From Anaeromyxobacteraceae bacterium (GTDB lineage Bacteria > Myxococcota > Myxococcia > Myxococcales > Anaeromyxobacteraceae): 64,000 nt of DNA. The stretch covers positions 96,001 through 160,000 of the forward strand of contig JAULAX010000005.1 in NCBI GenBank assembly GCA_032654565.1, read 5' to 3'. The notes beneath the pieces were generated by a model, which had not been told where the DNA came from, made no database searches, and saw only the letters and a list, made by a program, of their open reading frames with translations. The translations under genes were made by a program, and so were the position numbers. This document shows positions 39,166-52,071 of the stretch, in pieces (position 1 is the first letter of the stretch; each line of letters starts with the position of its first letter).

Positions 39166-40131
39166 TCAGCCCGCCAGCCCCGCCACCGCCGCGGCGCCGA
39201 GCCGCGCCGGCCCCCTCGGCAGCCGCCCCCAGGTGAAGCCCGCCACCAGCTCCCCCGGCCGGCAGCGGGTCCCCTCCGGCGCCAGGCCGCAGCTCTGCGC
39301 CAGCAGCCCCACCACCGCCTCCGGCGCCACCCCAGCCTCCCGCAGCTCCCCGAGCGACCGGGCCCCGTGGCGCTTGGCCAGCCGCTCGCCGTCCTCCCCC
39401 ACCACCAGCGGCACGTGGGCGAAGCGCGGGGCCGGCCGCCCCAGCGCCGCGAAGAGCAGCAGCTGGCGCGCCGTCGAGGGGAGCAGGTCGTCGCCGCGCA
39501 CCACCTCGGTGATGGCCATGGCGTCGTCGTCCACCACCACCGCCAGCTGGTAGGCGGCGACGCCGTCGGCCCGCATCACCACGAAGTCGCCGGTGGCGGC
39601 GGCCGGCTCGAAGCTGCAGCGGCCGTGGACGGCGTCGTCGAAGCCGACCGGCCCGGGCGCCACCCGGAACCTCCAGGCCGGCGTCCGCGCCGCGGCGCGG
39701 CGGGCCACCTCGGCCGGCCCCAGGTCGCGGCAGGTGCCCGGGTAGCGCGGCCCGTCGTCGGCGGGGCCGTGCGGGGCCCGGGCCGCGGCGGCGATCTCGG
39801 CGCGGGAGCAGAAGCAGGGGTAGGCGAGCCCGGCCTGGCGCAGCCGCCCCAGCGCCGCCAGGTAGCGATCCCCCAGCTCGGACTGCCGGTAGGGCCCGCG
39901 CCGCCCCCCCAGGTCCGGCCCCTCGTCCCAGCCGAGCCCGAGCCAGCGCAGCTCCTCGAGGATGCGGGCCTCAATGCCGGGGCGGACCCGCGGCCGGTCC
40001 AGGTCCTCGACCCGCATCACCAGCGCCCCCCCGGCGGCCCGGGCCGCCAGCCAGGCCAGCAGCGCCGTCCGGCCGTTCCCGAGGTGGAAGGGGCCGGTGG
40101 GGCTGGGGGCGAGGCGGCCGCGGTAGGTCAT
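39166..40131 (-). CDS. gluQ: Glutamyl-Q tRNA(Asp) synthetase
   Basis: APSPTG.FHLGN, CFCSR, AYQLAVVVDD, RGDDL, RLAKR; truncated GluRS lacking the anticodon domain. Confidence 0.92.
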   Translation of the reverse strand: MTYRGRLAPSPTGPFHLGNGRTALLAWLAARAAGGALVMRVEDLDRPRVRPGIEARILEELRWLGLGWDEGPDLGGRRGPYRQSELGDRYLAALGRLRQAGLAYPCFCSRAEIAAAARAPHGPADDGPRYPGTCRDLGPAEVARRAAARTPAWRFRVAPGPVGFDDAVHGRCSFEPAAATGDFVVMRADGVAAYQLAVVVDDDAMAITEVVRGDDLLPSTARQLLLFAALGRPAPRFAHVPLVVGEDGERLAKRHGARSLGELREAGVAPEAVVGLLAQSCGLAPEGTRCRPGELVAGFTWGRLPRGPARLGAAAVAGLAG

Positions 40132-40224
40132 CTGGTCGGGGCCCCGGTGGGAGAGTGGCGGTGACGGCGTTCGACTGATATCCCACAGGGGCGAGGGTGC
40201 TCAAGCGCACCCCGCCCCTCGACC

Positions 40225-41790
40225 ATGCCACGCACCGCCGGCGTCCTCATCCCGCTCTTCTCGCTCCGCTCCTCCACCGACTGGGGCGTGGGCGAGATCC
40301 CCGATCTCGTCCCCTTCGCCCGCTGGTCGTCCGACGCCGGCGTCCGGGTGGTGCAGGTGCTGCCGGTGGCCGAGGCGGCCCGCGGCCAGAACTCCCCGTA
40401 CGCCGCCCTCTCCGCCTTCGCCATCGACCCGGTCTACCTGGCCATCGACGCCCTCGACGACTTCGCCGCCGCCGGCGGCCACGACGCCCTCTCCGCCGCC
40501 GACCAGAAGCTGCTCCAGGTGCTGCGGGCCTCCCCCACGGTCCGCTGGGACGAGGTGCGCGGGCTCAAGACCCGGGCGCTGGAGGCGGCCTTCCAGGCCT
40601 TCGTCCAGCAGCAGTGGCAGCTCAAGACCCGCCGGGCCCGCGAGCTGGAGCGGTTCGCCCGCGAGCAGTCGGCCTGGATCGACGACTACGCCCTCTTCGT
40701 CTCCATCCACGACGAGGCCATGGGCGGGCGGAGCTGGCTGGAGTGGCCGGCCCCGCTGCGCGACCGCGAGGCCGGCGCCCTGGCCGACGTCCGCGCCCAG
40801 CTCAGCGAGCGGGTGCTCTTCCGGGTCTGGCTGCAGTGGCTCTGCGACCGGCAGTGGCAGGCGGCCCGCCGCGGCGCCAACGCCGTGGGCGTGGAGCTGG
40901 CCGGCGACATCCCCTTCATGGTGGCGCCCGACTCGGCCGACGTCTGGGCCCGGCGCCACGACTTCCGGCTCGACGCCCGCGTCGGCGTGCCGCCCGACGC
41001 CTTCAGCGCCACCGGGCAGGACTGGGGGCTGCCGGTCTACCGCTGGGCCGAGATGGAGGCGGGCGGCCACGTCTGGATGACCGCCCGCGCCGACCGGATG
41101 GCCGATCTCTACGGCCTCTACCGCGTCGACCACGTGGTCGGCCTCTACCGCACCTACTACTTCTCCAGCGACGGCTCGCCGGCCGCCTTCGTCCCGGCCA
41201 CCGAGGCGGCCCAGATCGCCAACGGCGAGCTGATGATGGCCCTCTTCTCCAAGCGGGCCCGGGTCATCGCCGAGGACCTGGGCGTGGTCCCGCCCTTCAT
41301 CCGGCTCTCGCTCGACCAGCTGGCCATCCCCGGCTACCGGGTGCAGCGCTGGGAGCGCGACTGGGACCTCCCCGGCCAGCCCTTCCGCGATCCGGCCGCC
41401 TGGCCGGCGGTCTCGGTGGCCACCACCGGCACCCACGACACCGACTCGCTGGCCGACTGGTACGAGTCGCTCCCCGACGCCGACCGGCGGGCCCTGCTCG
41501 AGCTCCCCGGCCTGGCCGGGCTGCGCCAGCGCGCCCCGGCCCGCTTCGACGACGGCGTCCGCGACGCCCTGCTGGAGCTGCTCTACGCCTCCGGCTCCGA
41601 CCTGCTGCTGCTGCCGTTCCAGGACCTGCTCGGCCACCGCGAGCGGGTCAACGTGCCCGGCACCGTCAACGACCAGAACTGGACCTACCGGATCCCGGCG
41701 CCGCTCACCTCGCTGCTCGCCGACCTCGGCGCCCGCCGCCGGCTGCGCGGCCTGGCCGAGCGCCACGGGCGGGTCCCCGCCACCCGCTGA
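40225..41790 (+). CDS. malQ: 4-alpha-glucanotransferase (GH77)
   Basis: SPY, GDIP, GVPPDAFSATGQDWG, RVDH, AEDLG, GTHD and NVPG motifs. Confidence 0.93.
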   Translation: MPRTAGVLIPLFSLRSSTDWGVGEIPDLVPFARWSSDAGVRVVQVLPVAEAARGQNSPYAALSAFAIDPVYLAIDALDDFAAAGGHDALSAADQKLLQVLRASPTVRWDEVRGLKTRALEAAFQAFVQQQWQLKTRRARELERFAREQSAWIDDYALFVSIHDEAMGGRSWLEWPAPLRDREAGALADVRAQLSERVLFRVWLQWLCDRQWQAARRGANAVGVELAGDIPFMVAPDSADVWARRHDFRLDARVGVPPDAFSATGQDWGLPVYRWAEMEAGGHVWMTARADRMADLYGLYRVDHVVGLYRTYYFSSDGSPAAFVPATEAAQIANGELMMALFSKRARVIAEDLGVVPPFIRLSLDQLAIPGYRVQRWERDWDLPGQPFRDPAAWPAVSVATTGTHDTDSLADWYESLPDADRRALLELPGLAGLRQRAPARFDDGVRDALLELLYASGSDLLLLPFQDLLGHRERVNVPGTVNDQNWTYRIPAPLTSLLADLGARRRLRGLAERHGRVPATR

Positions 41791-41799
41791 GAGGCCGCC

Positions 41800-42240
41800 A
41801 TGCCGGGCCACGTCTACCTCATCCGCCACGCCCGGGCCGAGGGTGCCGCGCCGGGGGGCGACGCCAGCCGGCGGTTGACGCCGGGCGGGCGCGACGCCTT
41901 CCGCGAGACGGTGGTCTCGCTGGCCGGCCGGCTCGAGCTGACGCGCATCCACGCCAGCCCGCTGCTGCGCGCCCGCCAGACCGGCGAGCTGCTGGCCGCC
42001 CTCACCGGCGCGCCACTCGAGGAGGACGAGGAGCTGGCCAGCGGCACCTCCACCGGCCGGCAGCTGCTGGAGCTGGCCCTGGAGCTGGGGGCCGGGGCGG
42101 CGCTGGTCGGCCACAACCCCGAGCTGGCCAGCGCCATCGCCCTGGCTGCCGGCCACGAGCTGGAGGTCCCGCCCGGGACGGTGGCCGCCGTCGGCCTCGA
42201 CGGCCGGCTGGCCTGGGTGGCCCGCCCCGGCTCGCCCTGA
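41800..42240 (+). CDS. SixA-type histidine phosphatase
   Basis: LIRHA, RLT, SPLLRARQT, LVGHNP. Confidence 0.85.
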   Translation: MPGHVYLIRHARAEGAAPGGDASRRLTPGGRDAFRETVVSLAGRLELTRIHASPLLRARQTGELLAALTGAPLEEDEELASGTSTGRQLLELALELGAGAALVGHNPELASAIALAAGHELEVPPGTVAAVGLDGRLAWVARPGSP

Positions 42241-42276
42241 CCATCGGTCCCGGGCCTCGAGCGCTCGGCGGCTGGT

Positions 42277-43853
<1,577 letters not shown>

Positions 43854-43857
<4 letters not shown>

Positions 43858-44636
43858 CCGACCCGAAGTACGACCGCTTCCGGCGGCTGGAGCGGCCCCG
43901 CGCCGACGGGCCGGCGGAGCAGCCCCGCTCACCGGGGACCGACACCCGCATCGAGGCGGTGGAGGGGCCGGACGCCGCCGCCCCGGCCGCCGACCGCGGG
44001 GGCGAGGGGCCGCCGGCGTCGGGCGGCGACCTGGAGCGCTTCCGGACCCCGGCCGAGCGCCCGCTCGAGCTCGATCTCCCCGGCGAGGACGCCCAGCCCT
44101 TCCTGCGCTGCGCCTCCTGCGAGACCGACAGCGCCCGCACCGCCGCCCGCTGCACCACCTGCGGCGCCGACCTCGACACCGAGCCGCAGCGTGAGTTCAA
44201 CCGGCGGTTCTGGGCCGGGCGGAAGGCCGAGGCCGCCGCCGAGGCCGAGGTGCTGGCGGCGCGCCAGGCGGCGCGGGACGCCGAGCGGGTCGACGAGGGG
44301 GCGCTGCGCCGGCAGGCCGGCGAGTCCCTGGCACGCGAGGTGGGGGCCGCCGAGCGTCGGCGGCTGGAGCGCGAGGGGTTCGGGCCCGACTGGGGCGGCG
44401 GGTCGGTCCTGGGCCGGCTCGGCGACGGCGAGGCGTCCTCCACCCCCTGGGCCCTGCGCTGGCTGCGGACCATGACCCCGACCTGGGCGCTGTCGGTGGG
44501 CCTGCTGCTGCTGGGGCTCCCGGTCCTCCTCTTCCTGCTCTTCCCGCCGCTCGGCGTCCTGGCCGGCGCCGTGACCCTGGCCCTCTTCACCCCGCCGCGC
44601 TGGCGCACCCGCTTCGGCAATCGCTTCGGGCCCTGA
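43854..44636 (+). CDS. Hypothetical protein with a zinc ribbon and C-terminal TM helices
   Basis: GTG overlaps the upstream stop; CASC...CTTCG; hydrophobic C-terminus. Confidence 0.7.
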
Positions 44637-44726
44637 ACTCCCCTTGATCTCACCCCGGCGATTGGCGAATCTGCCTCGCCCCCCACCGGCGCGGCCCGAC
44701 CCCGGCGCGCCTCCCCGGAGAACGAC

Positions 44727-46742
44727 GTGCCCAACGCGAGTCCCGAGCTGGTCCAGAAGGCGGTCAACACCATCCGCATGCTCTCGGCGGACGCCGTCCA
44801 GCAGGCCAACAGCGGCCACCCGGGCATGCCCATGGGGGCGGCCGACATGGCCTACGTCCTCTGGACCCGCCACCTCCGCTTCGACCCCACCGAGCCGCGC
44901 TGGCTGGGGCGCGACCGCTTCCTGCTCTCCGCCGGCCACGGCTCGGCGCTGCTCTACTCGCTGCTCCACCTCTGCGGCTTCGACTGCACGCTCGAGGACC
45001 TGAAGCAGTTCCGCCAGCTCGGCGCCCGCACCGCCGGCCACCCCGAGTTCGGCCACCTGCCCGGCGTCGAGATCACCAGCGGCCCGCTCGGCCAGGGGTT
45101 CGCCAACGGCGTCGGCTTCGCGCTCGGCCAGGCCATCCTCTCGGCCCGGCTGGGCGAGGGCAACCCGGTCGCCGACCACTTCACCTACGCCATCGTCTCC
45201 GACGGGGACCTGATGGAGGGCGTGGCCGCCGAGGCCGCCAGCTTCGCCGGCCACCAGAAGCTGGGCCGGCTCGTCTACCTCTACGACGACAACGGCATCA
45301 CCATCGACGGGATCACCGGCATCACCTTCGCCGGCGAGGACGTCACCCGGCGCTTCGAGGCTTACGGCTGGCAGGTGCAGTCGGTGGAGGGGCGCGACCA
45401 CGCCGCCATCGACGCCGCCATCGTGGCGGCCAAGGCCGACCCCCGCCCGTCGCTGATCCGGGTCAAGACCGTCATCGGCTACGGCTCGCCGAAGAAGGCC
45501 GGCACCTCCGGCGCCCACGGCGCGCCGCTCGGCGACGACGAGCTCAAGGCCACCAAGCAGGCGCTGGGCTGGCCGGTGGAGCCGCGCTTCCTGGTCCCCG
45601 ACGACGTCCGCGCCCACTTCGGCGCCGTGGTGGCCGGCCAGCAGGCGGGCAAGCGGGCCTGGACGGCGCGGGCCGAGGCCTGGCGGACCGGGCACCCGGT
45701 GGAGTCGGCGCTGCTCGACGCCCATGTCAGCCGCTGGGTGCCGGAGCGGATCCAGGAGCGGCTGCTGGAGGCCGGCCCCGGCGCCGACGCCACCCGCAAG
45801 CTGTCGGCGGCCGCGCTCAACCGCGCCGCCCCCATCGTCCCGTCGCTGGTGGGCGGCTCGGCCGACCTGGCCGAGTCCAACCTCACCGAGATCAAGGGCG
45901 GCGGCACCTTCTCGCCCACCCGGCTCGACGGCCGCAACATCCCCTTCGGCATCCGCGAGCACGCCATGGGGGCCATCGCCAACGGCCTGGCCTACGACGG
46001 GCTCCACATCCCCTTCGTGGCCACCTTCCTCCAGTTCGCCGACTACATGCGGCCGGCGGTGCGGCTGGCGGCGCTGGCGAAGCTGCAGGTCCTCTACGTC
46101 TGGACCCACGACTCGATCTTCCTCGGCGAGGACGGGCCGACCCACCAGCCGGTCGAGCACCTCACCGCGCTGCGCTGCATCCCCAACCTGCACGTGGTGC
46201 GGCCGGTGGACGGCGAGGAGGTGGCGGTGGGCTGGGCCCACGCCCTGACCCGCCGCGACGGTCCGACCGCGCTCATCCTCACCCGCCAGAAGCTGGCGCC
46301 GGTGGTGCGCGACGGCGGCTTCGACGCCGCCAAGGCGGCGCGGGGCGGCTACGTGGTCTCCGCCCCGGCCGGCGCCCGCTTCACGGTGATCGCCACCGGC
46401 AGCGAGGTGCCGCTGGCGGCCGCGGCTCTGGAGCTGCTGGCCAAGCAGGGGCTGGCGGGCCGGCTGGTCTCGGTGCCCTGCCTGCAGTGCTTCGAGGCCC
46501 AGGACCGGGCCTGGCGCGACGAGGTGATCCCGCCCGGCCTGCCGGTGGCGGCGGTCGAGGCCGCCGTCGGGCTGGAGTGGTGGAAGCTGACCGGGCGCGA
46601 CGGGCTGGTGATCGGCATCGACCGGTTCGGCGCCTCCGGGCCGGAGAAGGCGCTGGCCGAGGCGTATGGCCTGACCCCGGCCAAGGTGGCGGCGCGGCTG
46701 GAGGCGTGGATGGGCGGGAGGCCACCAAGCCAGTGGACATGA
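44727..46742 (+). CDS. tkt: Transketolase
   Basis: [38 protein letters not shown]. Confidence 0.97.
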   Translation: MPNASPELVQKAVNTIRMLSADAVQQANSGHPGMPMGAADMAYVLWTRHLRFDPTEPRWLGRDRFLLSAGHGSALLYSLLHLCGFDCTLEDLKQFRQLGARTAGHPEFGHLPGVEITSGPLGQGFANGVGFALGQAILSARLGEGNPVADHFTYAIVSDGDLMEGVAAEAASFAGHQKLGRLVYLYDDNGITIDGITGITFAGEDVTRRFEAYGWQVQSVEGRDHAAIDAAIVAAKADPRPSLIRVKTVIGYGSPKKAGTSGAHGAPLGDDELKATKQALGWPVEPRFLVPDDVRAHFGAVVAGQQAGKRAWTARAEAWRTGHPVESALLDAHVSRWVPERIQERLLEAGPGADATRKLSAAALNRAAPIVPSLVGGSADLAESNLTEIKGGGTFSPTRLDGRNIPFGIREHAMGAIANGLAYDGLHIPFVATFLQFADYMRPAVRLAALAKLQVLYVWTHDSIFLGEDGPTHQPVEHLTALRCIPNLHVVRPVDGEEVAVGWAHALTRRDGPTALILTRQKLAPVVRDGGFDAAKAARGGYVVSAPAGARFTVIATGSEVPLAAAALELLAKQGLAGRLVSVPCLQCFEAQDRAWRDEVIPPGLPVAAVEAAVGLEWWKLTGRDGLVIGIDRFGASGPEKALAEAYGLTPAKVAARLEAWMGGRPPSQWT

Positions 46743-48697
46743 TGCGCGCTTCCCTCCGGCCGGCCGTGGCCGCGCTCGCCTTCGCGGTCCTGGCCGCCTG
46801 CGGCAGCAAGAGCACCCCAGCGCCGACTCCGCCGCCACCGCCGCCGCCCAGCTGCGGGGCCACAACCACCACCGTCACGGCCAGCCAGCCCTGGCAGCGC
46901 TTCACCGCGGCCGACTGGAGCGGCACCTGCTCGCTCACGGTGGAGGCGCCGGCGCTGGCGCCGGGCGAGCGGCTGGCCGTCCTGCTGGCCCACGCCGAGC
47001 CCGGCGCCGCCGACCGGTCCCCGGCCACGGTGACGGCCGCCGGCACCGGCACGCCCAGCCTGTCCCCGGCGACCCCGCCGCTGGCCTCGCTGGCGGCGGG
47101 CGTGGCGGGCGCGGACTCCCCTGGCGACGAGGACGCCCTGGACGCCGGGGCCCGCCGTGGCGAGGCGCTGGTGACCGCGCTGCGCGAGGAGACCATCACC
47201 CGGTCGCTGGACGGCCGCCTGCCGCGGATCCTCCGCACGGTGGCACCCGCCCCGGCCGCCCAGGCCCCGCTCCTGCCCAGGCCCACCTACTGCATGATGC
47301 GCTGGGGGGCGGTCCCGGTCACCACCACCAACCCCGAAGGCAGGAAGCGGTACTGGCTCCCCGCCACCCTGGCCTACGAGTCGGCCCACGCCGCCTTCTA
47401 CTACACCGACGAGGTCGCGGCCGGGATCGACCTGGCCGTGGCGACGCGGACCGGTGTGGCCCCCAGCGGCGTGACGCCGTTCTGGGGCGAGCTGGCCGCC
47501 GCCTACGAGGCCCGGGTCCTCCCGAAGCTCAACACCTACTTCGGCGCCGAGAGCGACGTGGACGGCAACGGCAAGGTGATCTTCCTCTTCGGCAACAACG
47601 GGGCCGTCACCTCCGGGGCCACCAAGTCCTTCGTCTTCGGCTACTTCTGGTCGGCCGACCTGGTCTCGCCGCTCGCCACCGATGCCGCCAGCTGCGAGCA
47701 GGACATCAACGGCGCGGTCGGCAACAGGGCCGACCTGCTCTACCTGATGGACCCGGGGAACTACGCCGTCCTGGCCAACGCCGACCCGAGCACCAGGCCG
47801 AACGTCTACAGGGACGTGCTCAACTCGCTGGTGACGGAGAACTACCCGAGCGTGATGGCTCACGAGCTCCAGCACAACGTCAACTACGCCACCCGCTTCC
47901 TCCGGGGCGGCCCCTCCTCGGTCCGGGAGGAGCTCTGGCTCAACGAGGGGCTCTCGATGCTCTCCGAGACGGTGGCCGGGTACGGGCTCCACACCTCGTC
48001 GTCACGGTCGGCGGTCCGCTTCTACCTGGGGGAGGTCGATCCGAACTCCGGCTCCGCCCAGGTCGTCTACCACCGCAACTACGGCCTCACCACCTGGGAG
48101 AGCGATCCGCGCGGCAACTACGCCGCGGTCCAGGCCTACATGCAGTACCTGCTCGACCACGCCTCGCCCGCCATGACCCGGGCGCTCCTCAACCCCGCCC
48201 TGGCCGGCAAGGCCAACGTGACGGCGGCCACCGGCGTGGCGTGGGAGACCGGCTTCGCCCGCTTCGTCACCGCCTCGATGTTCTCCAACGAGGACACCGC
48301 GGCCAACCCGCCCGGCGCCCTCTTCCCCGGCACCATCTCCTCGGCGGGGAACGTGCTGGCCGGCTCGACCTACAGCTACCTCGGGGACGGCAGCGTCTCG
48401 CCCGACTACGTCCCCTGGCACCACTACACCGGCTTCTGCACCACCCCGGCCCCGGAGAGCCTGCGCGTGGCCAAGCCCCGCCTGGCCTACGTGGCCTACA
48501 CGCCGCTCAGCGCCGGGATCGGCTCCAGCGTCACGCTCCGCAAGGACGGCTGGGCCGCCTTCGCCACCGGTCCGGGCTCCGGCGCCGCCGCCAGCGTCAC
48601 GGTGCAGAGCACCGCCTCGGTCCCACCGCAGGTGGTGGTGGTGCGCTACACCGGGGCGCTTCCCACCTTCACGCCGCTCTCCACCACCTGCCCGTAG
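46739..48697 (+). CDS. Lipoprotein with an HExxH zinc-metallopeptidase motif (M30-like)
   Basis: Lipobox [22 protein letters not shown]...WLNEGLS. Confidence 0.75.
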   Translation: MMRASLRPAVAALAFAVLAACGSKSTPAPTPPPPPPPSCGATTTTVTASQPWQRFTAADWSGTCSLTVEAPALAPGERLAVLLAHAEPGAADRSPATVTAAGTGTPSLSPATPPLASLAAGVAGADSPGDEDALDAGARRGEALVTALREETITRSLDGRLPRILRTVAPAPAAQAPLLPRPTYCMMRWGAVPVTTTNPEGRKRYWLPATLAYESAHAAFYYTDEVAAGIDLAVATRTGVAPSGVTPFWGELAAAYEARVLPKLNTYFGAESDVDGNGKVIFLFGNNGAVTSGATKSFVFGYFWSADLVSPLATDAASCEQDINGAVGNRADLLYLMDPGNYAVLANADPSTRPNVYRDVLNSLVTENYPSVMAHELQHNVNYATRFLRGGPSSVREELWLNEGLSMLSETVAGYGLHTSSSRSAVRFYLGEVDPNSGSAQVVYHRNYGLTTWESDPRGNYAAVQAYMQYLLDHASPAMTRALLNPALAGKANVTAATGVAWETGFARFVTASMFSNEDTAANPPGALFPGTISSAGNVLAGSTYSYLGDGSVSPDYVPWHHYTGFCTTPAPESLRVAKPRLAYVAYTPLSAGIGSSVTLRKDGWAAFATGPGSGAAASVTVQSTASVPPQVVVVRYTGALPTFTPLSTTCP

Positions 48698-48716
48698 TCG
48701 GTCGCTGGGAACGAGA

Positions 48717-48747
48717 CCGGCGCGACCGCTCTGGGCGATCGCGCCGG
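48717..48747. terminator. Hairpin between convergent genes
   Basis: CCGGCGCGACCGC-TCTGG-GCGATCGCGCCGG, a 13-bp stem with one mismatch. Confidence 0.45.
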
Positions 48748-48774
48748 GGTCGTTGCGGTGAATCGAGGCGCTGG

Positions 48775-49104
48775 CTAGGCGCGCGCCACCGGCTGCGTCG
48801 GCGAGGCCGGGATGGCCGCCAGCGGCCGGCGCTCGATCCGCTCACCGTTGGCGAGCATCTTGAGCGAGAGCGAGAGCAGGCTGGCCAGCAGCTCGCCGGA
48901 GCCCGGCACGTCCAGCTTCCGGTAGATGCGCTTGCGCCGCGCCCGGATGGTCTCCGGCGAGACGCCGGCGGCGGCCGCCGAGTCCTTGCAGGCGAAGCCC
49001 TGGGCGATGCGCAGCACCTCGGCGCGCTCGGCGGGCGTCAGCGTCGACCCCTCCATGAAGCGGGCCGCGAACGGTGTGAGGATCTCGATGTCGATCTGAG
49101 CCAT
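48775..49104 (-). CDS. Stand-alone LuxR-type helix-turn-helix regulator
   Basis: LTPAERAEVLRIAQG...VSPETIRARRKRIYRKL; GGGGGA RBS. Confidence 0.85.
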   Translation of the reverse strand: MAQIDIEILTPFAARFMEGSTLTPAERAEVLRIAQGFACKDSAAAAGVSPETIRARRKRIYRKLDVPGSGELLASLLSLSLKMLANGERIERRPLAAIPASPTQPVARA

Positions 49105-49367
49105 GTGTGTTCCCCCGACGTGATGGCCCCGTTGGTCGAGGCCGTGTCTCCGGTCCCACCCCACTCAAGGCGTCGAGGCTGCTTCCTCAACGCCCCCCCA
49201 GGGACGAACTCGGTACGGCACACGTTAATACCGACCCAAGCGGTTGCCACCCCCCTCCGGTACTTTTTTTCCATCCATCCGTATTCAGGGATGGTTTTGG
49301 AGTCCCGCGGGGTGGTGGCTCAGACGGGGCGTTTCTGGTTCAGCTTCCCGGTCCCTCTTTCGGGTCG

Positions 49368-50288
49368 CTACCCGATCGAGATTCGGTCTCGTCGTTTCTG
49401 CGGCTCTGCCGAGACCGCGCAGTCACCGCCGGCCTGGCGTGCGCTGGTGAGCGCCGTGGTGGCCCGCTTCACCAGCGCCCCGAACGAGACCGTCCCGTGG
49501 CCGTCGTGGCTGGCCAGCCCGACGCTGACGCTGAGCGGGATGGTGCTGGAGCGCTCGCGAACCCGCGCGCAGATGCGCCGCGCCACCTGCAGCCCGCCAG
49601 CGGTGGCGGTGTGGGGCATCAGCACCACCAGCCGCTCCTCGCTGAAGGGGACGCTGATGTCGATGTCGCGCACGGCGCCGTCGACGACGCCGGTCAGCTC
49701 GCCGAGCAGCCGGGCCCGGGCCCGGGGACCGAGCTGGCCCACCAGCTCGTCCCAGCGGTCCACCGAGACCAGCGCCAGCGAGACCGGGAAGCCGTAGCGG
49801 CGGGAGCGCTTCACCTCGACGAAGAGCAGTCGCTTCAGGAAGGCGAGGTCCTGCGTCCCCGAGGCGGCCCGCGGCGGCTGGGCCCGGGCCTGCTCCGCCA
49901 GCTGGCGCCGCGCCGCCGTCAGCCGCGCGGCCATGGCGCAGGTGCTGGCCACCTGCGACCCGATGAGCGGACCCACCAGCAGGCCATCTGCGCCCAGCCG
50001 GTCCGGGAGCCCGGCGGCGCCCAGCCGGTCGGGGAGGCCGCCGGCCTCCTCCTCGTCGAGGCAGATGGCCACCACCGCCAGCCGCGGATCGGCCTGGCGC
50101 AGGGCCGCCACCAGCGCCTCGCCCCCGGCCGCGGCCCGGACCAGCGCCACCTGGTGGGCCGGGTCGAGGGCGCCCGCGGCGTCGGCCGGGGCCGCCACGT
50201 CGACGGTGAAGCCGGCCCGCTCCAGGTCGCGCTGCAGCGCGGCCGCCACCGGCTTCGAGTCGATGGCCACGAGGACGCGTCCGCTCAT
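49368..50288 (-). CDS. Degenerate receiver plus degenerate GGDEF domain protein
   Basis: EVKRSRRYGFPVSLALV...LSVSVGLA GGDEF-fold pattern; A-site position reads SEERL. Confidence 0.8.
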   Translation of the reverse strand: MSGRVLVAIDSKPVAAALQRDLERAGFTVDVAAPADAAGALDPAHQVALVRAAAGGEALVAALRQADPRLAVVAICLDEEEAGGLPDRLGAAGLPDRLGADGLLVGPLIGSQVASTCAMAARLTAARRQLAEQARAQPPRAASGTQDLAFLKRLLFVEVKRSRRYGFPVSLALVSVDRWDELVGQLGPRARARLLGELTGVVDGAVRDIDISVPFSEERLVVLMPHTATAGGLQVARRICARVRERSSTIPLSVSVGLASHDGHGTVSFGALVKRATTALTSARQAGGDCAVSAEPQKRRDRISIG

Positions 50289-50311
50289 CGCAGGCAATGT
50301 ATCATCGCCGC

Positions 50312-52015
50312 GTGGCCTCCGCCCGCATCGCCCTGGCGCAGATCGACCCCACCGTGGGGGACTTCGACGGCAACGCCGCCCTGATCCGGCGCGCCGCCGG
50401 GCAGGCCCGCGCCGCCGGCGCCTCGCTGGTGATCTTCCCGGAGCTGGCGCTCTCCGGCTACCCGCCGCGCGACCTGCTCGACCTGCCCGAGTTCCACGAC
50501 CGGGTGGCGGCCACGCTGGCGGCGCTGGCCGCGCCGGCCGACTGGTCGCGCGGCCTCTCCCTGCTGATCGGCTTCCCGGAGCGGGTCGAGGGGGCGCCGC
50601 CGCCGGGGCTGATGAACTCGGTGGCCCTGGTGGCCGGGGGGCGGGTCGCCGCCGTCGGCCGCAAGTCGCTGCTCCCCACCTACGACGTCTTCGACGAGAC
50701 CCGCTACTTCCTCCCCGCCGACAGCGCCACGGTGGCCGCGGTGGACGGGCTCCCCGCCCCGCTCGGCCTCTCGGTCTGCGAGGACGTCTGGAACGACAAG
50801 CGCTTCTGGCAGCGCCCCCGCTACGGCCGGGACCCGGTGGCCGAGCTGGTGGCCGGCGGCGCCCGGCTGGTGGCCAACGTCTCGGCCTCGCCCTACGCGC
50901 TCGGCAAGCCGGCGCTCCGCGAGCGGATGCTGGCCGCCTCGGCCCGCGGGCACGGCGTGGCCATCGCCTACGTCAACCAGGTGGGGGGCAACGACGCCCT
51001 GGTCTTCGACGGCGGCTCGATGCTGGTGGCGGCCGACGGCCGGGTGCTGGCGCGGGCCCCGCTCTTCCAGGAGGCGGTGCTGTCGGTCGACCTCGACGGC
51101 GGCCGGCCGGTCCTCACCGGCCCCGACGGCCTCCCCCTCCCCGCCGCCCCGGCCGCCCCGGCCGATCCCGAGGCCGACGAGCTCTTCGCGGCCCTGGCCC
51201 TGGGGGTGCGCGACTACGTGGTGAAGTGCGGCTTCCGCGCCGCCGTCATCGGCCTCTCCGGCGGCATCGACTCGGCGCTGACCGCCTGCCTGGCCGCCGC
51301 CGCCCTGGGGCCGGCCCAGGTGCTGGGCGTCGGCATGCCCTCGCGCTACAGCTCCACCCACAGCCGCGAGGACGCCCGGGCCCTGGCCACGGCGCTGGGG
51401 ATCGCCTACCAGGAGATCCCCATCGAGCCCATGCACGCCGCCTTCCTGGCCCAGCTCACCCAGGCCCAGGGGCGGCCGCTCGGCGACCTGGCCGAGCAGA
51501 ACGTCCAGGCCCGCATCCGCGGCCAGGTGCTGATGGCGCTCTCCAACGACACCGGTGGGCTGGTGCTCTCCACCGGCAACAAGAGCGAGCTGGCGGTGGG
51601 CTACTGCACCCTCTACGGCGACATGGCCGGCGGGCTGGCGGTGATCGGCGACCTGCCCAAGGGGCTGGTCTACCGGGTGGCGCGCGCCGCCAACGCCCGC
51701 TCCGGGCGCGAGCTGATCCCGGAGCGGACCTTTCAGAAGCCGCCCTCGGCCGAGCTCAAGCCCGGGCAGCTGGACCAGGACTCGCTGCCGCCCTACGACG
51801 TGCTCGACGACATCCTCCAGGCCTACCTGGAGGAGCGGCGCCCCTTCGAGGAGATCGTGGCCCGCGGCCACCCCGCCGAGCTGGTGCGGCGGGTGCTGCG
51901 GCTGGTGATCGGCAGCGAGTACAAGCGGCGGCAGGCGGCGCCGGTGCTCAAGGTCTCGGAGAAGGCCTTCGGCGAGGGGCGGCGGCTGCCCATCGCCCAC
52001 GGCTTCAGGCACTGA
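50312..52015 (+). CDS. nadE: NAD+ synthase with an N-terminal nitrilase-type glutaminase domain
   Basis: FPEL, LPTYDVFDE, VCED; GLSGGIDS, NVQARIR, TGNKSE, PSAEL. Confidence 0.95.
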   Translation: MASARIALAQIDPTVGDFDGNAALIRRAAGQARAAGASLVIFPELALSGYPPRDLLDLPEFHDRVAATLAALAAPADWSRGLSLLIGFPERVEGAPPPGLMNSVALVAGGRVAAVGRKSLLPTYDVFDETRYFLPADSATVAAVDGLPAPLGLSVCEDVWNDKRFWQRPRYGRDPVAELVAGGARLVANVSASPYALGKPALRERMLAASARGHGVAIAYVNQVGGNDALVFDGGSMLVAADGRVLARAPLFQEAVLSVDLDGGRPVLTGPDGLPLPAAPAAPADPEADELFAALALGVRDYVVKCGFRAAVIGLSGGIDSALTACLAAAALGPAQVLGVGMPSRYSSTHSREDARALATALGIAYQEIPIEPMHAAFLAQLTQAQGRPLGDLAEQNVQARIRGQVLMALSNDTGGLVLSTGNKSELAVGYCTLYGDMAGGLAVIGDLPKGLVYRVARAANARSGRELIPERTFQKPPSAELKPGQLDQDSLPPYDVLDDILQAYLEERRPFEEIVARGHPAELVRRVLRLVIGSEYKRRQAAPVLKVSEKAFGEGRRLPIAHGFRH

Positions 52016-52071
52016 ACGGTCCTCCACCGCAGGCGGCTGGCCTGGGGCGGGGGATCCGCGGGAGGGGACCC

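Noticed and set aside
16288..40131. queF plus gluQ as a deazaguanine DNA-modification (dpd) cluster
   Set aside because: The genes are about 23 kb apart with no dpdA/tgt-like or other dpd genes; ordinary tRNA queuosine functions suffice.
49105..49367. AT-rich intergenic region as an sRNA or riboswitch
   Set aside because: No convincing structure or known motif; most simply the promoter region of the LuxR-type gene.
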